This document shows, in pieces, positions 1 through 10,436 of a stretch of 64,000 nucleotides of DNA. The number at the start of each line of letters is the position of its first letter. Within the stretch, counting starts at the first letter, position 1. Below the pieces are notes generated by a model. It did not search any database. It was not told the origin of the DNA and saw only the letters and a program-made list of their open reading frames with translations. The position numbers and the translations under genes were made by a program. The stretch is from NCBI GenBank assembly GCA_030830285.1, contig JAURNF010000218.1, positions 3,354-67,353 on the forward strand, written 5' to 3'. The stretch is from Candidatus Kapaibacterium sp. Lineage in GTDB: Bacteria; Bacteroidota; Ignavibacteria; Kapaibacteriales; Kapaibacteriaceae.

Positions 1-43
1 TGCGCGCCGACCTACAACTCTAACCATCTAGAGCGCTCCTTTC

Positions 44-2899
44 ATGAAGACTCTCCTCAGCATCATCACGCTATGCATTGGCGTTCAGTGCGCATCAGCG
101 CAAGCTACCAATCCGCATGAGCGGCTTATGGAGCGTGCGCATCCCACGCCACGTATGATGAAGAAGTATGGCGAACCGACACTGATGGTGCCAGTTGTAG
201 AAGAGTCGGTGCTTCTATCGAGCTTCCTTAATGTGAACATGATTGCACAGGAGAACGATCAGCTTCCAGCGCAGAACGAGTCATCCATTGCAATCAATCC
301 ACTCAATCCTGCCAACATGATCGGCAGTGCTGTTGATTATCGTGGCAATTCATCGACGTGGGCATATTACTCGAACGACTCAGGTCGCACATGGAAGAAC
401 ATCACACTAGGTGCGGCTCGTCCGGGCTGGCGATCAAGCAACGACCCATCGGTGTGCTTCGACCACAAGGGCAAGGGCTATCTGTGTTACGGCGGTTTCA
501 ACCGTCAGGGCAATGCACAGTTTGGTGAGAATGGCGTATTCATCAGCTCAACCACAGATGGTGGTGCTACATGGTCGATGCGACACACGGCTGTGATCAT
601 TCACACTGGACAACAGACTGCTGATTCTGCCTTCGAAGACAAGTACTACGTCCATGCAGACACAGCCGCATCGAGTCCGCACCGCGGACATCTCTACATT
701 CCGTGGAAGCGCGTTATCAATCGCGATTCATCCACAACGATCGTCATCACCAAGAGCACAGACGAGGGCGCTACGTGGTCGACTCCAGTTGCTGTGAGTG
801 ATCGATTCCCTGGCACATCTGAAGCAACAACGTTTGGTCAGAGCTTTCCACTCGCACGCACAGGACCCGATGGATCTGTGCATGTAGTGTGGAACAGCGG
901 CACAGAAAGCTCACTACGATATGCCCGATCAACCGACGGTGGCGCTACATGGTCTGCACCACGTGTGCTCCACACCTACAACCCATTTGGTGTGAAGAGC
1001 GTCGTGTCTGGACAATCCAACTCACGCGTAAAGGGCGTTGTGCGTGCTGAGTGTTATCCGACACTAGCCATCGACAACACGGGTGGACCGCGCAACGGGT
1101 GGATGTACCTCACGTGGGCGGCAGACAATCCGTATCCAAATGTCTACTTCTCACGCTCAACAGATAACGGCAACACGTGGTCAACCCCCGTGATTGCACA
1201 CAGCGACACCACCAACGATCAGTTCTGGTCGCGGATCACCCTCGACCCAACCAACGGCGATGTTGCCATCATGTACAGCGACAGCCGTGAGGATCCAAAC
1301 AATATTCTCGTGCACACGTACGTAAGCTGGTCAACAGACGGAGGATCTACATGGCTTGACCGTCGTGTTGGCGATGGGATTAATGACCTGCGTCGTAACC
1401 CGTTCGACGGCAATACCTTCGCCGGCGATTACTCTGGCTGTGATATGCGTGATGGCGTTGTGTACCCATCGTGGGTTGATATGCGCAACACGTTTGTCAA
1501 TTCTGCAGATAACGATGTGTACACGGCGCGTGTCGATACGCGCGCACCAGCCGCACCTCGACGATTCGTTGCACGAACTGTGCCGATTCGTCCAACCACG
1601 ATCGCGCTCTCGTGGGATCGCGTAACCTCACTGAGCTTTGGTCAGCCGCTACCCGAGGGAGCACAGATCAGTATCGCTCGTGATGGTCAGCGGATTGCGC
1701 TGCTATCTCCAGCAGACACAGCAATGATCGACACCGGCCTTGTTGAATACCGTCGTTACACCTACACTCTCGATGTGGTTGCGAACAATCGTTATGCAGT
1801 CCAACGTGAAGCATCTGCGTTTGCTGGTGGTGCACGTCAACCAGCAGCACCAACACTACGCTCGGTACTTGGCAGTGGCGATACATCGATCACCGGACGT
1901 GTGGTGTTGCCAACACGTCGACTCGACAGTGTGACGGCGCTCGTGAATCTGCGAGCGCTCAATCTCTTTGCGGCTGGTACGAAGGAGCCGCTCCCTGTTA
2001 TGACCAGCGATACTGGACGCATCGTTGAGCCGCGCATCTCGATGAATGAGCGCGGCTGGTATCCGGTGTGGTGCTCTGTAGAAGATGCGGCGAGTAATGC
2101 GAGTCCATCGAGCGACACACTGTGGACGTATACAGGTGCAATGTGGAATCAATCGTATACGGAAACGTATGCACGTGATCCACGCTACTACGTAACGTCA
2201 GGTTCGTGGGGTCGCACGACAAACTTCGCTCGCAGTGCGCCTGCATCATTTGCGCACGCTCCGGCCGGACCATACGCAGGAAGCCGTCGTGATACGTGCA
2301 ATCTGTACCCGGCATACATCGGCACGCTTCCTCCGGAAACAGCGCTCACACTTACCATGTATGTTGCTGCATTTATCGATCCTTCAGACACGATGTTCCT
2401 GGAAGCATCATCAACAGGATTTGCGGGAACGTATTCTACACTCGACTGGTGGAATGCCTCGCGCGATGCGCGATGGAACGACACAACCAAGGGCGACGAC
2501 GCATGGCGTGCGTGGAGTATTCGCATTCCATCAGATCTTGCCAGCGATACGATGCACCTACGTTTGCGCTTCCGCAGCAATGCATCACGTCAGTCAGATG
2601 GATTCTACATCGATGACGTCCGCTTCGAGCTTGTGTCGCGTGTCGATGAAGAGCCAATCCACATCGTCGAAGTATGGCCGAACCCCGCGGGAAGTCAGGC
2701 CACACTCACCATGCACAGTGACGAAGCAATCTCGGATGTTCTGTGCGTAAGCGCGAGTGGTGAGCGCATGCCGATATCATGGTCGCAGGCTGGGCGCACG
2801 GTGCGGCTTGATCTGCGATCCCTCGCAGCAGGAATGTACAGTGTGATCGTAGAGTGTAGCTCGACTCGTGTACGTGCAACCGTAAGCGTTGTGCGTTAA
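44..2899 (+). CDS. Secreted BNR/Asp-box repeat protein (sialidase-like beta-propeller) with fibronectin-like region and T9SS C-terminal sorting domain
   Basis: N-terminal signal peptide MKTLLSIITLCIGVQCASAQ. At least six Asp-box motifs (SNDSGRTW, STTDGGATWS, STDEGATWS, STDGGATWS, STDNGNTWS, STDGGSTW). C-terminal ~80 aa (VWPNPAGSQATLTMH...MYSVIVE...VSVVR) matches the Por/T9SS CTD pattern. Confidence 0.85.
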   Translation: MKTLLSIITLCIGVQCASAQATNPHERLMERAHPTPRMMKKYGEPTLMVPVVEESVLLSSFLNVNMIAQENDQLPAQNESSIAINPLNPANMIGSAVDYRGNSSTWAYYSNDSGRTWKNITLGAARPGWRSSNDPSVCFDHKGKGYLCYGGFNRQGNAQFGENGVFISSTTDGGATWSMRHTAVIIHTGQQTADSAFEDKYYVHADTAASSPHRGHLYIPWKRVINRDSSTTIVITKSTDEGATWSTPVAVSDRFPGTSEATTFGQSFPLARTGPDGSVHVVWNSGTESSLRYARSTDGGATWSAPRVLHTYNPFGVKSVVSGQSNSRVKGVVRAECYPTLAIDNTGGPRNGWMYLTWAADNPYPNVYFSRSTDNGNTWSTPVIAHSDTTNDQFWSRITLDPTNGDVAIMYSDSREDPNNILVHTYVSWSTDGGSTWLDRRVGDGINDLRRNPFDGNTFAGDYSGCDMRDGVVYPSWVDMRNTFVNSADNDVYTARVDTRAPAAPRRFVARTVPIRPTTIALSWDRVTSLSFGQPLPEGAQISIARDGQRIALLSPADTAMIDTGLVEYRRYTYTLDVVANNRYAVQREASAFAGGARQPAAPTLRSVLGSGDTSITGRVVLPTRRLDSVTALVNLRALNLFAAGTKEPLPVMTSDTGRIVEPRISMNERGWYPVWCSVEDAASNASPSSDTLWTYTGAMWNQSYTETYARDPRYYVTSGSWGRTTNFARSAPASFAHAPAGPYAGSRRDTCNLYPAYIGTLPPETALTLTMYVAAFIDPSDTMFLEASSTGFAGTYSTLDWWNASRDARWNDTTKGDDAWRAWSIRIPSDLASDTMHLRLRFRSNASRQSDGFYIDDVRFELVSRVDEEPIHIVEVWPNPAGSQATLTMHSDEAISDVLCVSASGERMPISWSQAGRTVRLDLRSLAAGMYSVIVECSSTRVRATVSVVR

Positions 2900-3939
2900 C
2901 CCTGGGTTAGCGCAAAGGAGATTGTGGTACCAACGTTTGGTGTACTTGTGATTGCAACGCTCGAGCGGTGTGCTTCGCAGATATGCTTCACGATGGCGAG
3001 TCCAAGTCCAGTACCTCCAACGGCGCGCGATCGATCCTTATCAACGCGATAGAATCGCTCAAAGATGCGTGGCAGGTGTTCTTCGGGGATACCAATACCC
3101 GTATCACGTACCGTGATCTTCCACCGATCTGCATTACGTTCGACGATCACATCAACACGACCGTTGATCACGTTGTACTTGATCGCGTTCTCGACTAGGT
3201 TTACGAGTACTTGCGAGATGCGCTCGCGGTCGCCGTACACGTATGCTTCATCGGGCAGCGTTGCATGCAGCTCAACCTGTTGTTGCTCAGCACGGATGTG
3301 AAGCTCCTCAACGAGGTCACGAACAAGGTCGGCGATATCGAACGAGCGGAACGAGAACTTCAGCTCACCGCTCTCAATCCGCGAAATGTCGATCAGATCG
3401 TTGAGTAGCACATTCAAGCGCAATGCATTGTTATATGCCTTCTCGAGAAACTGCTGCGACACAGCGGGATCATCTGCAGCGCCATCAAGAAGTGTCTCGA
3501 GGTACCCTTGAACGCTAAAGATTGGTGTGCGGAGTTCGTGTGATACGTTGGCAATGAATTCTGAACGCACGCGCTCGAGTCGACGCAGATCATCGATATC
3601 CTGTGCTGCACGTGAGGCGAGTTTGTTGATTGCATCCGCTACGTGAATCGCATCTGATGATGCAGTCTGTGGCAACTCAATGCGTCCAGACACAGCGCCT
3701 TCGGCGATGGCTTGCGTTACTGACGTGATCTCAGCAAGAGGTTGTGCGATGGCTCGGGAGACTCTTGTACGGAGCGTGACGAGTCCAACAACCGAAACAA
3801 CGATTGCAGCCATGATCGCAAGGATCGTCACGTCGAAGATTGGTCCAGCAACAATGATGCAACCACTCACGCACACCATGAGTGCGACATGCAGCGTTAT
3901 CATTCGTTGGATATCCGGCCTATGTGTCGGGAGCGCCAT
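2896..3939 (-). CDS. Two-component sensor histidine kinase (HAMP-HisKA-HATPase, PhoR/SenX3-like)
   Basis: Two N-terminal TM segments. H-box SHELRTPI, N/G boxes (NAIKYN, DTGIGIPEEHLPRIFERFYRVD, GGTGLGLAIVKHI). 8 bp downstream of a response regulator gene on the same strand. Confidence 0.85.
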   Translation of the reverse strand: MALPTHRPDIQRMITLHVALMVCVSGCIIVAGPIFDVTILAIMAAIVVSVVGLVTLRTRVSRAIAQPLAEITSVTQAIAEGAVSGRIELPQTASSDAIHVADAINKLASRAAQDIDDLRRLERVRSEFIANVSHELRTPIFSVQGYLETLLDGAADDPAVSQQFLEKAYNNALRLNVLLNDLIDISRIESGELKFSFRSFDIADLVRDLVEELHIRAEQQQVELHATLPDEAYVYGDRERISQVLVNLVENAIKYNVINGRVDVIVERNADRWKITVRDTGIGIPEEHLPRIFERFYRVDKDRSRAVGGTGLGLAIVKHICEAHRSSVAITSTPNVGTTISFALTQG

Positions 3940-3951
3940 GGCGCAAGATAC

Positions 3952-4653
3952 TTAGCCCTGTTCCGAGAAGCGGTATCCAGCACCCTTCACGGTTTCAATA
4001 CGGTTGCCGTGTTTGCCCAGCTTTTCACGGACCTTGCTTACGTGTACGTCTACTGTGCGGTCGATCACGTAGACGCTCTCGCCCCAAATGCGACGAAGAA
4101 GGGCTTCGCGCGAGAATACCTTACCACGGTTCGATGCGAGGAAGGCGAGGAGCTCGAATTCCTTCTTTGGGAAGAACGTTTCCTTACCGTCAATCTTCAC
4201 CGTGTAATTCTGGCGGTTGACTTCGATCGTTCCAATACGAAGGACCTCAGGAGCGGCAACAGTCTCCGTGCGTACGCGGTCGGAGCCACGACGGAAGATC
4301 GTTTTCACTCGCGCGAGGAGGACTCTCGGGGAGATCGGCTTCTGTATGTAATCGTCAGCTCCGAGCTCCAGACCCAAGATTTGGTCGATTTCGCCCGCTT
4401 TAGCCGTTAGAAAGACAATTGCCGTTGACTGCATTGAGGGATCTTGACGCAAAGTCCGGCAGACCTCAAACCCGTCCAGCCCTGGCATCATGATGTCGAG
4501 AATGACCAGATCTGGGCGCATGCGCTGCGCAAGTTCGACAGCATCGGTGCCATTACTGGCCGTCGCAACCTCATACCCCTCCTTGCTGAGGTTGTACGAA
4601 ATGAGATCGACAATGTCTTGCTCGTCGTCCACCACGAGAATGGTCTTTTGCAT
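3952..4653 (-). CDS. OmpR/PhoB-family response regulator (receiver plus winged-helix)
   Basis: MQKTILVVDDEQDIVDLISYNLSKEGYEV receiver with conserved Asp (LVILDIMMPGLDG) and K. C-terminal winged-helix (LRRIWGESVYVIDRTVDVHVSKVREKL). First gene of an RR-HK operon. Confidence 0.9.
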   Translation of the reverse strand: MQKTILVVDDEQDIVDLISYNLSKEGYEVATASNGTDAVELAQRMRPDLVILDIMMPGLDGFEVCRTLRQDPSMQSTAIVFLTAKAGEIDQILGLELGADDYIQKPISPRVLLARVKTIFRRGSDRVRTETVAAPEVLRIGTIEVNRQNYTVKIDGKETFFPKKEFELLAFLASNRGKVFSREALLRRIWGESVYVIDRTVDVHVSKVREKLGKHGNRIETVKGAGYRFSEQG

Positions 4654-4685
4654 GGGACAAAACTACCATGCTGGCCCCCTACGAA

Positions 4686-4703
4686 CTGGTTAAAATCTGG
4701 TAA
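4686..4703. promoter_or_regulatory. Pho-box-like direct repeat CTGGTTA-aaat-CTGGTAA (11-bp periodicity) in the divergent promoter region between the RR gene and the 1171-aa cargo gene
   Basis: Read directly from the sequence. Two 7-bp direct repeats separated by 4 bp is the architecture bound by OmpR/PhoB-family winged-helix dimers. It lies 33-50 bp upstream of the RR start and 50-67 bp upstream of the + strand gene. Confidence 0.35.
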
Positions 4704-4752
4704 CACGAACGGAACAATGGGGCATATATCTGCCTAAATTGAGCCCTCATCC

Positions 4753-7700
4753 ATGCTTCGCCAGCGACCACACCGCCACGCTTGGTGTCGACCATATTCA
4801 TGGCCGCTGTGGCGCATATTGACTGGACTGATTGTTCTCGCCGTTTCAACATTTGACGCGTCAGCGCAATCACCTTCAACGTCGACATGGTACTTCGGTA
4901 ATCGCGCAGGGATAGCATTCCGAGATGGCGGTGTTCAGGTGCTCGCCGACGGACAGATGTCAACGTCAGAAGGGTGCGCAACTATCTCTGATCCAGCTAC
5001 AGGTGAACTGTTGTTCTACACCGACGGCATTACCGTTTGGAATCGACTCCACGAAGTGATGCCGAATGGAACAGGGCTGTTTGGCGATCGTTCAACTGCG
5101 CAAAGTGCAATCATTGTTCCAGCGCCTGGACGTCCATCGATTTACTACATCTTCAATCCCGCAGCGATCTCTGCATCGAACCTTGGTGATCGATGCTTGT
5201 GTTTGTACTACTCCATCGTCGACATGCGCAACGACGCTGGGTTCGGCGATGTGATCAAGAAGAATGATCTGCTGCTGAACGACGTAACCGAACACATCAC
5301 TGCAACAGCCGACTGTCAAGGCGATGGATGGTGGATCATCACGCGCAGTCGCAGCACGCGACACTTCTACAGTCTCCATCTCACACGCTTAGGTCTATCG
5401 ACTGCACCGGTTGTTTCTGACGCAGGGTATCCTTCGACAGCGATTCGTGGTGAAGGCCAGATGCATGTCTCACCGAATGGACAGCATCTGATCTACACGT
5501 CAATGACTGGTCGAACGCTGTTATACGATTTCGATGGTGAGGCTGGCAAGGTCACCTATCGAACACTTTTGTTCCCCATTGATGCGTACGGAAAGCACTA
5601 CGGCGCTGCGTTTTCACCCAATAGTGAAAAGGTCTACGTCAACGTTGCGAACATCTCCGAGCTGGCACGCACGGAAATCGTACAGTTCGACATCACCGAG
5701 CGGGATCCCGAACTCGTGATGAAGTCGGGGTACATTCTTGCTGAATTGAACGATGTGTACACGCACGTTCCATTGCAACTCGCTCCCGATGGGAAGGTTT
5801 ACGTTGGCAGACCTGGGCAGCCTTGGCTTGCAGCCATTGAACGTCCAAATGAAGATTCAGCACGCGCCATGTTTCGCGACTCTGTGGTTCGTCTCACGGG
5901 CTCGTGTCAATTCGGATTGCCAAACATTCCGGGCACGTTGCTTGTAGATCAGGCAACACGACAAACAGCATGCAGTTTGCCGCGAGCTGCGTTTTCACTC
6001 ACTGACAGCGTGTGTGCTGGATCGTGTGTAGTTCTCAAGGACCTGAGCACAGGCACCATTGCAACATGGCAATGGGGCGTGATGAATGGAACGCCATCGA
6101 CGACCTCATTGCAGAGTCCGACGGTGTGCTTCACAAAACCCGGGATACATGCCATCCGATTGATCGTTGCCAACGGATACGGTGCAGATACCGCATTCAA
6201 CACCATCACTGTTCTCCCGCAACCCACCCTCGTGATCGACTCAGTGGGTGAACAGTGCGCGTATGAACCTGTGCGACTACGTGTATCTGGTGCGGCAACA
6301 TATGAATGGTCCCCAGCATCTGTGTTCGACGACCATACACGCCCCGATCCTATTGCCCGTGTGAGTAGCACAACGCGCTTTGTTGTGATTGGTACAAGCG
6401 CCGAGGGGTGCCGTGATACGGCTACCGTACTTGTTCGTGTGAGTGACATGGATGCCGATGGCGATGCTACGATTTGTCGTGGCACATCAGTTCCATTGCG
6501 CGTGCGTGGTGCGGAACAGGTGTCCTGGATACCAACAACAGGTTTGTCCGACCCAACGTCGATGGACCCAATCGCGCGTCCTATGGTGACCACAGCATAC
6601 GTCGCAACGATGACGACTGACGACTGTGTGGTTTTGGATACGGTGATCATCACAGTGGTTGACGACTTTGATGTAACGATTACAGGACAGCTTCGTGGAT
6701 GCCCTGGCGATACCGTGACGCTTACTGCATCAGTTGGTGCAACGCATCAGTGGCAAGGCCAGGGAATCATTGGAACCGATGGTGCTTCTGCACGTGTGGT
6801 CATTGGATCAACACTGCAGCGCATTTACGTAACAGCAATCAGTGGCGATTGTGAGGATGTTGACTCCGTAACGGTTACACCTCTGCCAGTGCCGACACTC
6901 TCTGTGCCCTTAAGCATCAGCGTGTGTCGTGGAGAGTCGGCAGTGATTACTGCTCAAACTAGCGGCGACATAACGCAATGGTCTCCGTCGATTGATCTCG
7001 ATCAAGACACGAGCGCCATAGTAACTGTTACGCCAACTGCATCACGCACATACATTGTTCGCGCGACATTGCGAGACGGATGTTCCATTGCTGATACGGT
7101 GCGTGTCGTGGTGGTTGACCCTCCGACAATCGAGGCAGGACCAGACGTGTTTCTGTGCAGTGGTGAGTCGATCCAGATTGCTGCATCAGGAAGCGCTGAT
7201 CGTGTGGAATGGTCACCTACCGATGGATTGTCAGATCCCTCCGCTCTTGCTCCAATTGCATCACCCTCGATAACAACTACCTATGTGATGCGAGGTCTTA
7301 GTGGATCGTGCGAAACGCTTGACACGATGACAATCGTTGTATCAACATTCGACGTCCAAGCATCGGCCGACACAGCAATTTGTCTTGGCGAGACTGTTCA
7401 ACTCACTGCTACTGGTGCTGGACGATATGTGTGGTCACCTTCAACTGGACTCGATGATCCGCGTAGTGCTCGACCACTTGCACGTCCGGCAGTAACAACA
7501 ACGTACACTGTAACTGGCTACGATGCGCGCGACTGCGACGAGCGAGCAACGGTAACAATCACCGTTCGAGATACCACGCCAATCGTGCTCTCTGCTGGCA
7601 GTGTTACGGCACGAGCTGGAACGGAAGACCTCGGCATTCCAATCTTTGTCGAAGTGCCATCATGGCGCTTGCCACTGCGGATCTCTGAGCTTCGTGCAAC

Positions 7701-8268
7701 AATGGTGCACGATGCATCGATATTTATTCCCGACTCAACAGATCGTGGCGCAGTTCGTACGAGTGTGCGAGGCAATGATCGTTTATCGTACCTCGTTGTT
7801 CGTGATCAGCTCATTATCGCTCCGCGACAAAAGATCACGGAAGTACGGGGGCTTGTGCTAGCAAGCAGCGTCGAAACAGTTCCGATCTCATGGGAAGACG
7901 TCACATGGTCGGGCGAGTCGTGTCCAACTGTTCGTACAACGCAAGGTCTGCTCTACGTCACAGGTTGCAACATCATCAATCGCATGCTGCGCAACTTCGA
8001 TGCACCAACGGTGCGAGCACAACAGCGCACTGCGTCGGACGTACTTGATGTGGAATTGAAGAGCACAATGCCAGGCTCGTACGTGTTGCGTCTCGTGCAG
8101 ACCGACGGCCGGATCGTATGGTCGACGACGCACGAGAGTGTCTATGGCAAGCACACAACCCCAGCGTTGTTCGCAATTGACATGTCGGTGTTTCAGAGCG
8201 GCTCGTACATGCTCCACATCGTGATGCCCAACACAGTCGAAACGATCCCTGTGATGTGGGTCAAGTAA
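4753..8268 (+). CDS. Large secreted T9SS cargo protein with N-terminal beta-propeller-like region and tandem Ig-like repeats
   Basis: Signal-like hydrophobic segment LTGLIVLAVSTFDASAQ. At least five ~75-aa repeats with a conserved W-S-P-x-x-G-L-x-D-P ... P-I-A-x-P ... T-T-Y motif. C-terminal CTD-like ~80 aa (YVLRLVQTDGRIVWST...SGSYMLHIV...VMWVK). Confidence 0.8.
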   Translation: MLRQRPHRHAWCRPYSWPLWRILTGLIVLAVSTFDASAQSPSTSTWYFGNRAGIAFRDGGVQVLADGQMSTSEGCATISDPATGELLFYTDGITVWNRLHEVMPNGTGLFGDRSTAQSAIIVPAPGRPSIYYIFNPAAISASNLGDRCLCLYYSIVDMRNDAGFGDVIKKNDLLLNDVTEHITATADCQGDGWWIITRSRSTRHFYSLHLTRLGLSTAPVVSDAGYPSTAIRGEGQMHVSPNGQHLIYTSMTGRTLLYDFDGEAGKVTYRTLLFPIDAYGKHYGAAFSPNSEKVYVNVANISELARTEIVQFDITERDPELVMKSGYILAELNDVYTHVPLQLAPDGKVYVGRPGQPWLAAIERPNEDSARAMFRDSVVRLTGSCQFGLPNIPGTLLVDQATRQTACSLPRAAFSLTDSVCAGSCVVLKDLSTGTIATWQWGVMNGTPSTTSLQSPTVCFTKPGIHAIRLIVANGYGADTAFNTITVLPQPTLVIDSVGEQCAYEPVRLRVSGAATYEWSPASVFDDHTRPDPIARVSSTTRFVVIGTSAEGCRDTATVLVRVSDMDADGDATICRGTSVPLRVRGAEQVSWIPTTGLSDPTSMDPIARPMVTTAYVATMTTDDCVVLDTVIITVVDDFDVTITGQLRGCPGDTVTLTASVGATHQWQGQGIIGTDGASARVVIGSTLQRIYVTAISGDCEDVDSVTVTPLPVPTLSVPLSISVCRGESAVITAQTSGDITQWSPSIDLDQDTSAIVTVTPTASRTYIVRATLRDGCSIADTVRVVVVDPPTIEAGPDVFLCSGESIQIAASGSADRVEWSPTDGLSDPSALAPIASPSITTTYVMRGLSGSCETLDTMTIVVSTFDVQASADTAICLGETVQLTATGAGRYVWSPSTGLDDPRSARPLARPAVTTTYTVTGYDARDCDERATVTITVRDTTPIVLSAGSVTARAGTEDLGIPIFVEVPSWRLPLRISELRATMVHDASIFIPDSTDRGAVRTSVRGNDRLSYLVVRDQLIIAPRQKITEVRGLVLASSVETVPISWEDVTWSGESCPTVRTTQGLLYVTGCNIINRMLRNFDAPTVRAQQRTASDVLDVELKSTMPGSYVLRLVQTDGRIVWSTTHESVYGKHTTPALFAIDMSVFQSGSYMLHIVMPNTVETIPVMWVK

Positions 8269-8295
8269 TTGCGCTGCAAGCGGTAGTTTTGCTTC

Positions 8296-10422
8296 ATGTA
8301 CGCCCGACGTTCCCACTCCATGTGGGTGTTTACACTTGCGCTTGTCATCATCTCGTTGTCATCACCATCTGTTGCACGTGAGGCCGACTCCGTGCGTGCT
8401 CGGACGCTTACCGACAGCTTACGCTCCTATCTCAAGCAACAGGTAGTCGTTACAGGCACTCGCAATGAAGTGCGCTTGAAGGATTCGCCTGTGCGCGTCG
8501 AAGTGATTGGAAAGGACCGAATTGCTGCAACAGGTATGACCGACCTTGGCGATCTGTTGAAAGAACAGCCTGGATTGCTGATCTCAGGCACGGTGCGCAG
8601 TGGCGTGCAAATGAATGGTCTTGGACCAGACTATACGCTGATTTTGATTGATGGCCAGCCAGTCATTGGACGTGTTGCAGGTGTTCTGGATCTATCGCGC
8701 ATTTCCGTTGGCAACATCGAGCGCGTGGAGATCGTGAAGGGACCAATGAGTAGCATGTTTGGTAGCGAGGCGCTTGCGGGCGTCATCAACATCATCACCA
8801 AGCGTCCGAGCGATGGCATTAATGGTTCCGTCATGCTTCAAGGCCTCACACGGGGTCCGCTCGAAGCACGCGTTGAAGGCGGCTGGGGATCGAATGACCT
8901 TGAACTCTCTGGTTTCGTAAACCTCAAATCGTCACCAGCATTTTCCCTTCCACTCGATAGTCTGTCGATTCCCTACGCAGCATTCACTGACGGAACCACA
9001 CAATTGAAGGCACAGTGGAAGATCGCAAAGGGTTGGACAGCGCGCGGATGGCTCCGATTGTTTGGCAGCGAGACGCAGGGTTCATTCGTTGAAAGCGTTG
9101 CTGGTCAGATCGCACAGAACACAGGATCTGTCACGCAGTGGGATGCATCGAGCACAGTTGGCATCGAGTACCAATCAGGTCGCGCACGACTAACGGTGAA
9201 TGCGTATGGCTCGACATTCCACGAGCGCTACAACTTCGATGTCAAGCAGGGCGATGCTGGTTCGATCGACGACCTACGTCGACGCATTGGCAGACTCTAC
9301 GCGCAATACGACGTACAACTCGGTGCAGCGAATCGTCTGACGGTAGGCGGCGAGATGTTGTATGATGACATTGAAGGATCTCGGTATCGCGACTCCACGG
9401 GGTCGAACCCGTTCTACCGCACAGGTGTTGCATTCGCCCAGTGGGAAGGCATGCCGTTGGATTGGATCTCCTACGTGCTGAGTGCTCGCTACGATGGCAA
9501 CAATGTCTTTGGCGATGCATTCAGTCCGCGCTTCTCACTACTCTGGAAACCAGGTGAGCATCTCCGCGTGTCTGGCTCCATTGGTACCGGCTTTAAAGCG
9601 CCCGACTTCCGTCAGCTGTACGTGACGTTCTCTAATCGATTGGCTGGCGCCGGGTACGACCTCATTGGTGCGGAACGTCTCGGCAGGACGTTGGAACCGG
9701 AACGGAGTCTGTCGTCAGACATTGCCTTGCGGTACGAAGACGGACAGCGCGAGCTTTCGTCGCGTGTCTCGTTGCTGTACAGCGCTGAGCTTCGCTTCTT
9801 CCGCAATGATCTACGCAACCTGATTGAATTCTACTACGTCACCTCACTCAATGGACGTGATGTATACTCGTATCGCAACATCTCACGTGCGTTCACACAG
9901 GGCATCGAAGCTAACCTCCGTCTTGCCGTAGCGAAGGAAAACGGTGCGATGTACACCATCATGGGTGGCTATCAGTATCTCGATGCGAACGACGTACAAG
10001 TGCTCGAGGCAATCGCAAACGGACAGGCCGGTACGATTGCTGGGCCGTTGCGCAGAGAAGACTATCACGGGCTGTGGGGCAGGTCGCGACACAGTGGAAC
10101 TGTGCGACTTCAATACGATGCACCGGAGCGACTCTGGAGTGCAAACATTCGTGCGCAATTCGTTGGTCGCTATGGCGATGAATCACTCGACAAGAATGGA
10201 CCCGTGATAACCGATCCACCGCGGAAGGTGCTGGATCGTGAAGACGAGTTCGTAGCGGGCTACGTTGTGCTGAACATGGGTGGTACCTACACGCTCTCCA
10301 TCGCAGAGCGTCGCGTCGTTATTGGTGCGGGCATCAACAATCTGCTCGACCGCTTTCATCCGACGCTGATACCGAGTCTCGTTGGACGTCAGTTCTATCT
10401 CCAACTCACCGTGCCACTATAA
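8296..10422 (+). CDS. TonB-dependent outer-membrane receptor (BtuB/CirA-size class)
   Basis: Signal peptide. TonB box QVVVTGTR. Plug-domain motifs (DSPVRVEVIGKDRI, LIDGQPV, IERVEIVKGPMSSMFGSEALAGVINIITK). Long beta-barrel region. Confidence 0.85.
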   Translation: MYARRSHSMWVFTLALVIISLSSPSVAREADSVRARTLTDSLRSYLKQQVVVTGTRNEVRLKDSPVRVEVIGKDRIAATGMTDLGDLLKEQPGLLISGTVRSGVQMNGLGPDYTLILIDGQPVIGRVAGVLDLSRISVGNIERVEIVKGPMSSMFGSEALAGVINIITKRPSDGINGSVMLQGLTRGPLEARVEGGWGSNDLELSGFVNLKSSPAFSLPLDSLSIPYAAFTDGTTQLKAQWKIAKGWTARGWLRLFGSETQGSFVESVAGQIAQNTGSVTQWDASSTVGIEYQSGRARLTVNAYGSTFHERYNFDVKQGDAGSIDDLRRRIGRLYAQYDVQLGAANRLTVGGEMLYDDIEGSRYRDSTGSNPFYRTGVAFAQWEGMPLDWISYVLSARYDGNNVFGDAFSPRFSLLWKPGEHLRVSGSIGTGFKAPDFRQLYVTFSNRLAGAGYDLIGAERLGRTLEPERSLSSDIALRYEDGQRELSSRVSLLYSAELRFFRNDLRNLIEFYYVTSLNGRDVYSYRNISRAFTQGIEANLRLAVAKENGAMYTIMGGYQYLDANDVQVLEAIANGQAGTIAGPLRREDYHGLWGRSRHSGTVRLQYDAPERLWSANIRAQFVGRYGDESLDKNGPVITDPPRKVLDREDEFVAGYVVLNMGGTYTLSIAERRVVIGAGINNLLDRFHPTLIPSLVGRQFYLQLTVPL

Positions 10423-10436
10423 GCATGCGAGCAGCA

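Noticed and set aside
8269-8295. Cobalamin or other riboswitch upstream of the TonB-dependent receptor
   Set aside because: The spacer is only 27 bp, too short for any riboswitch aptamer. A riboswitch would have to lie inside the upstream CDS.
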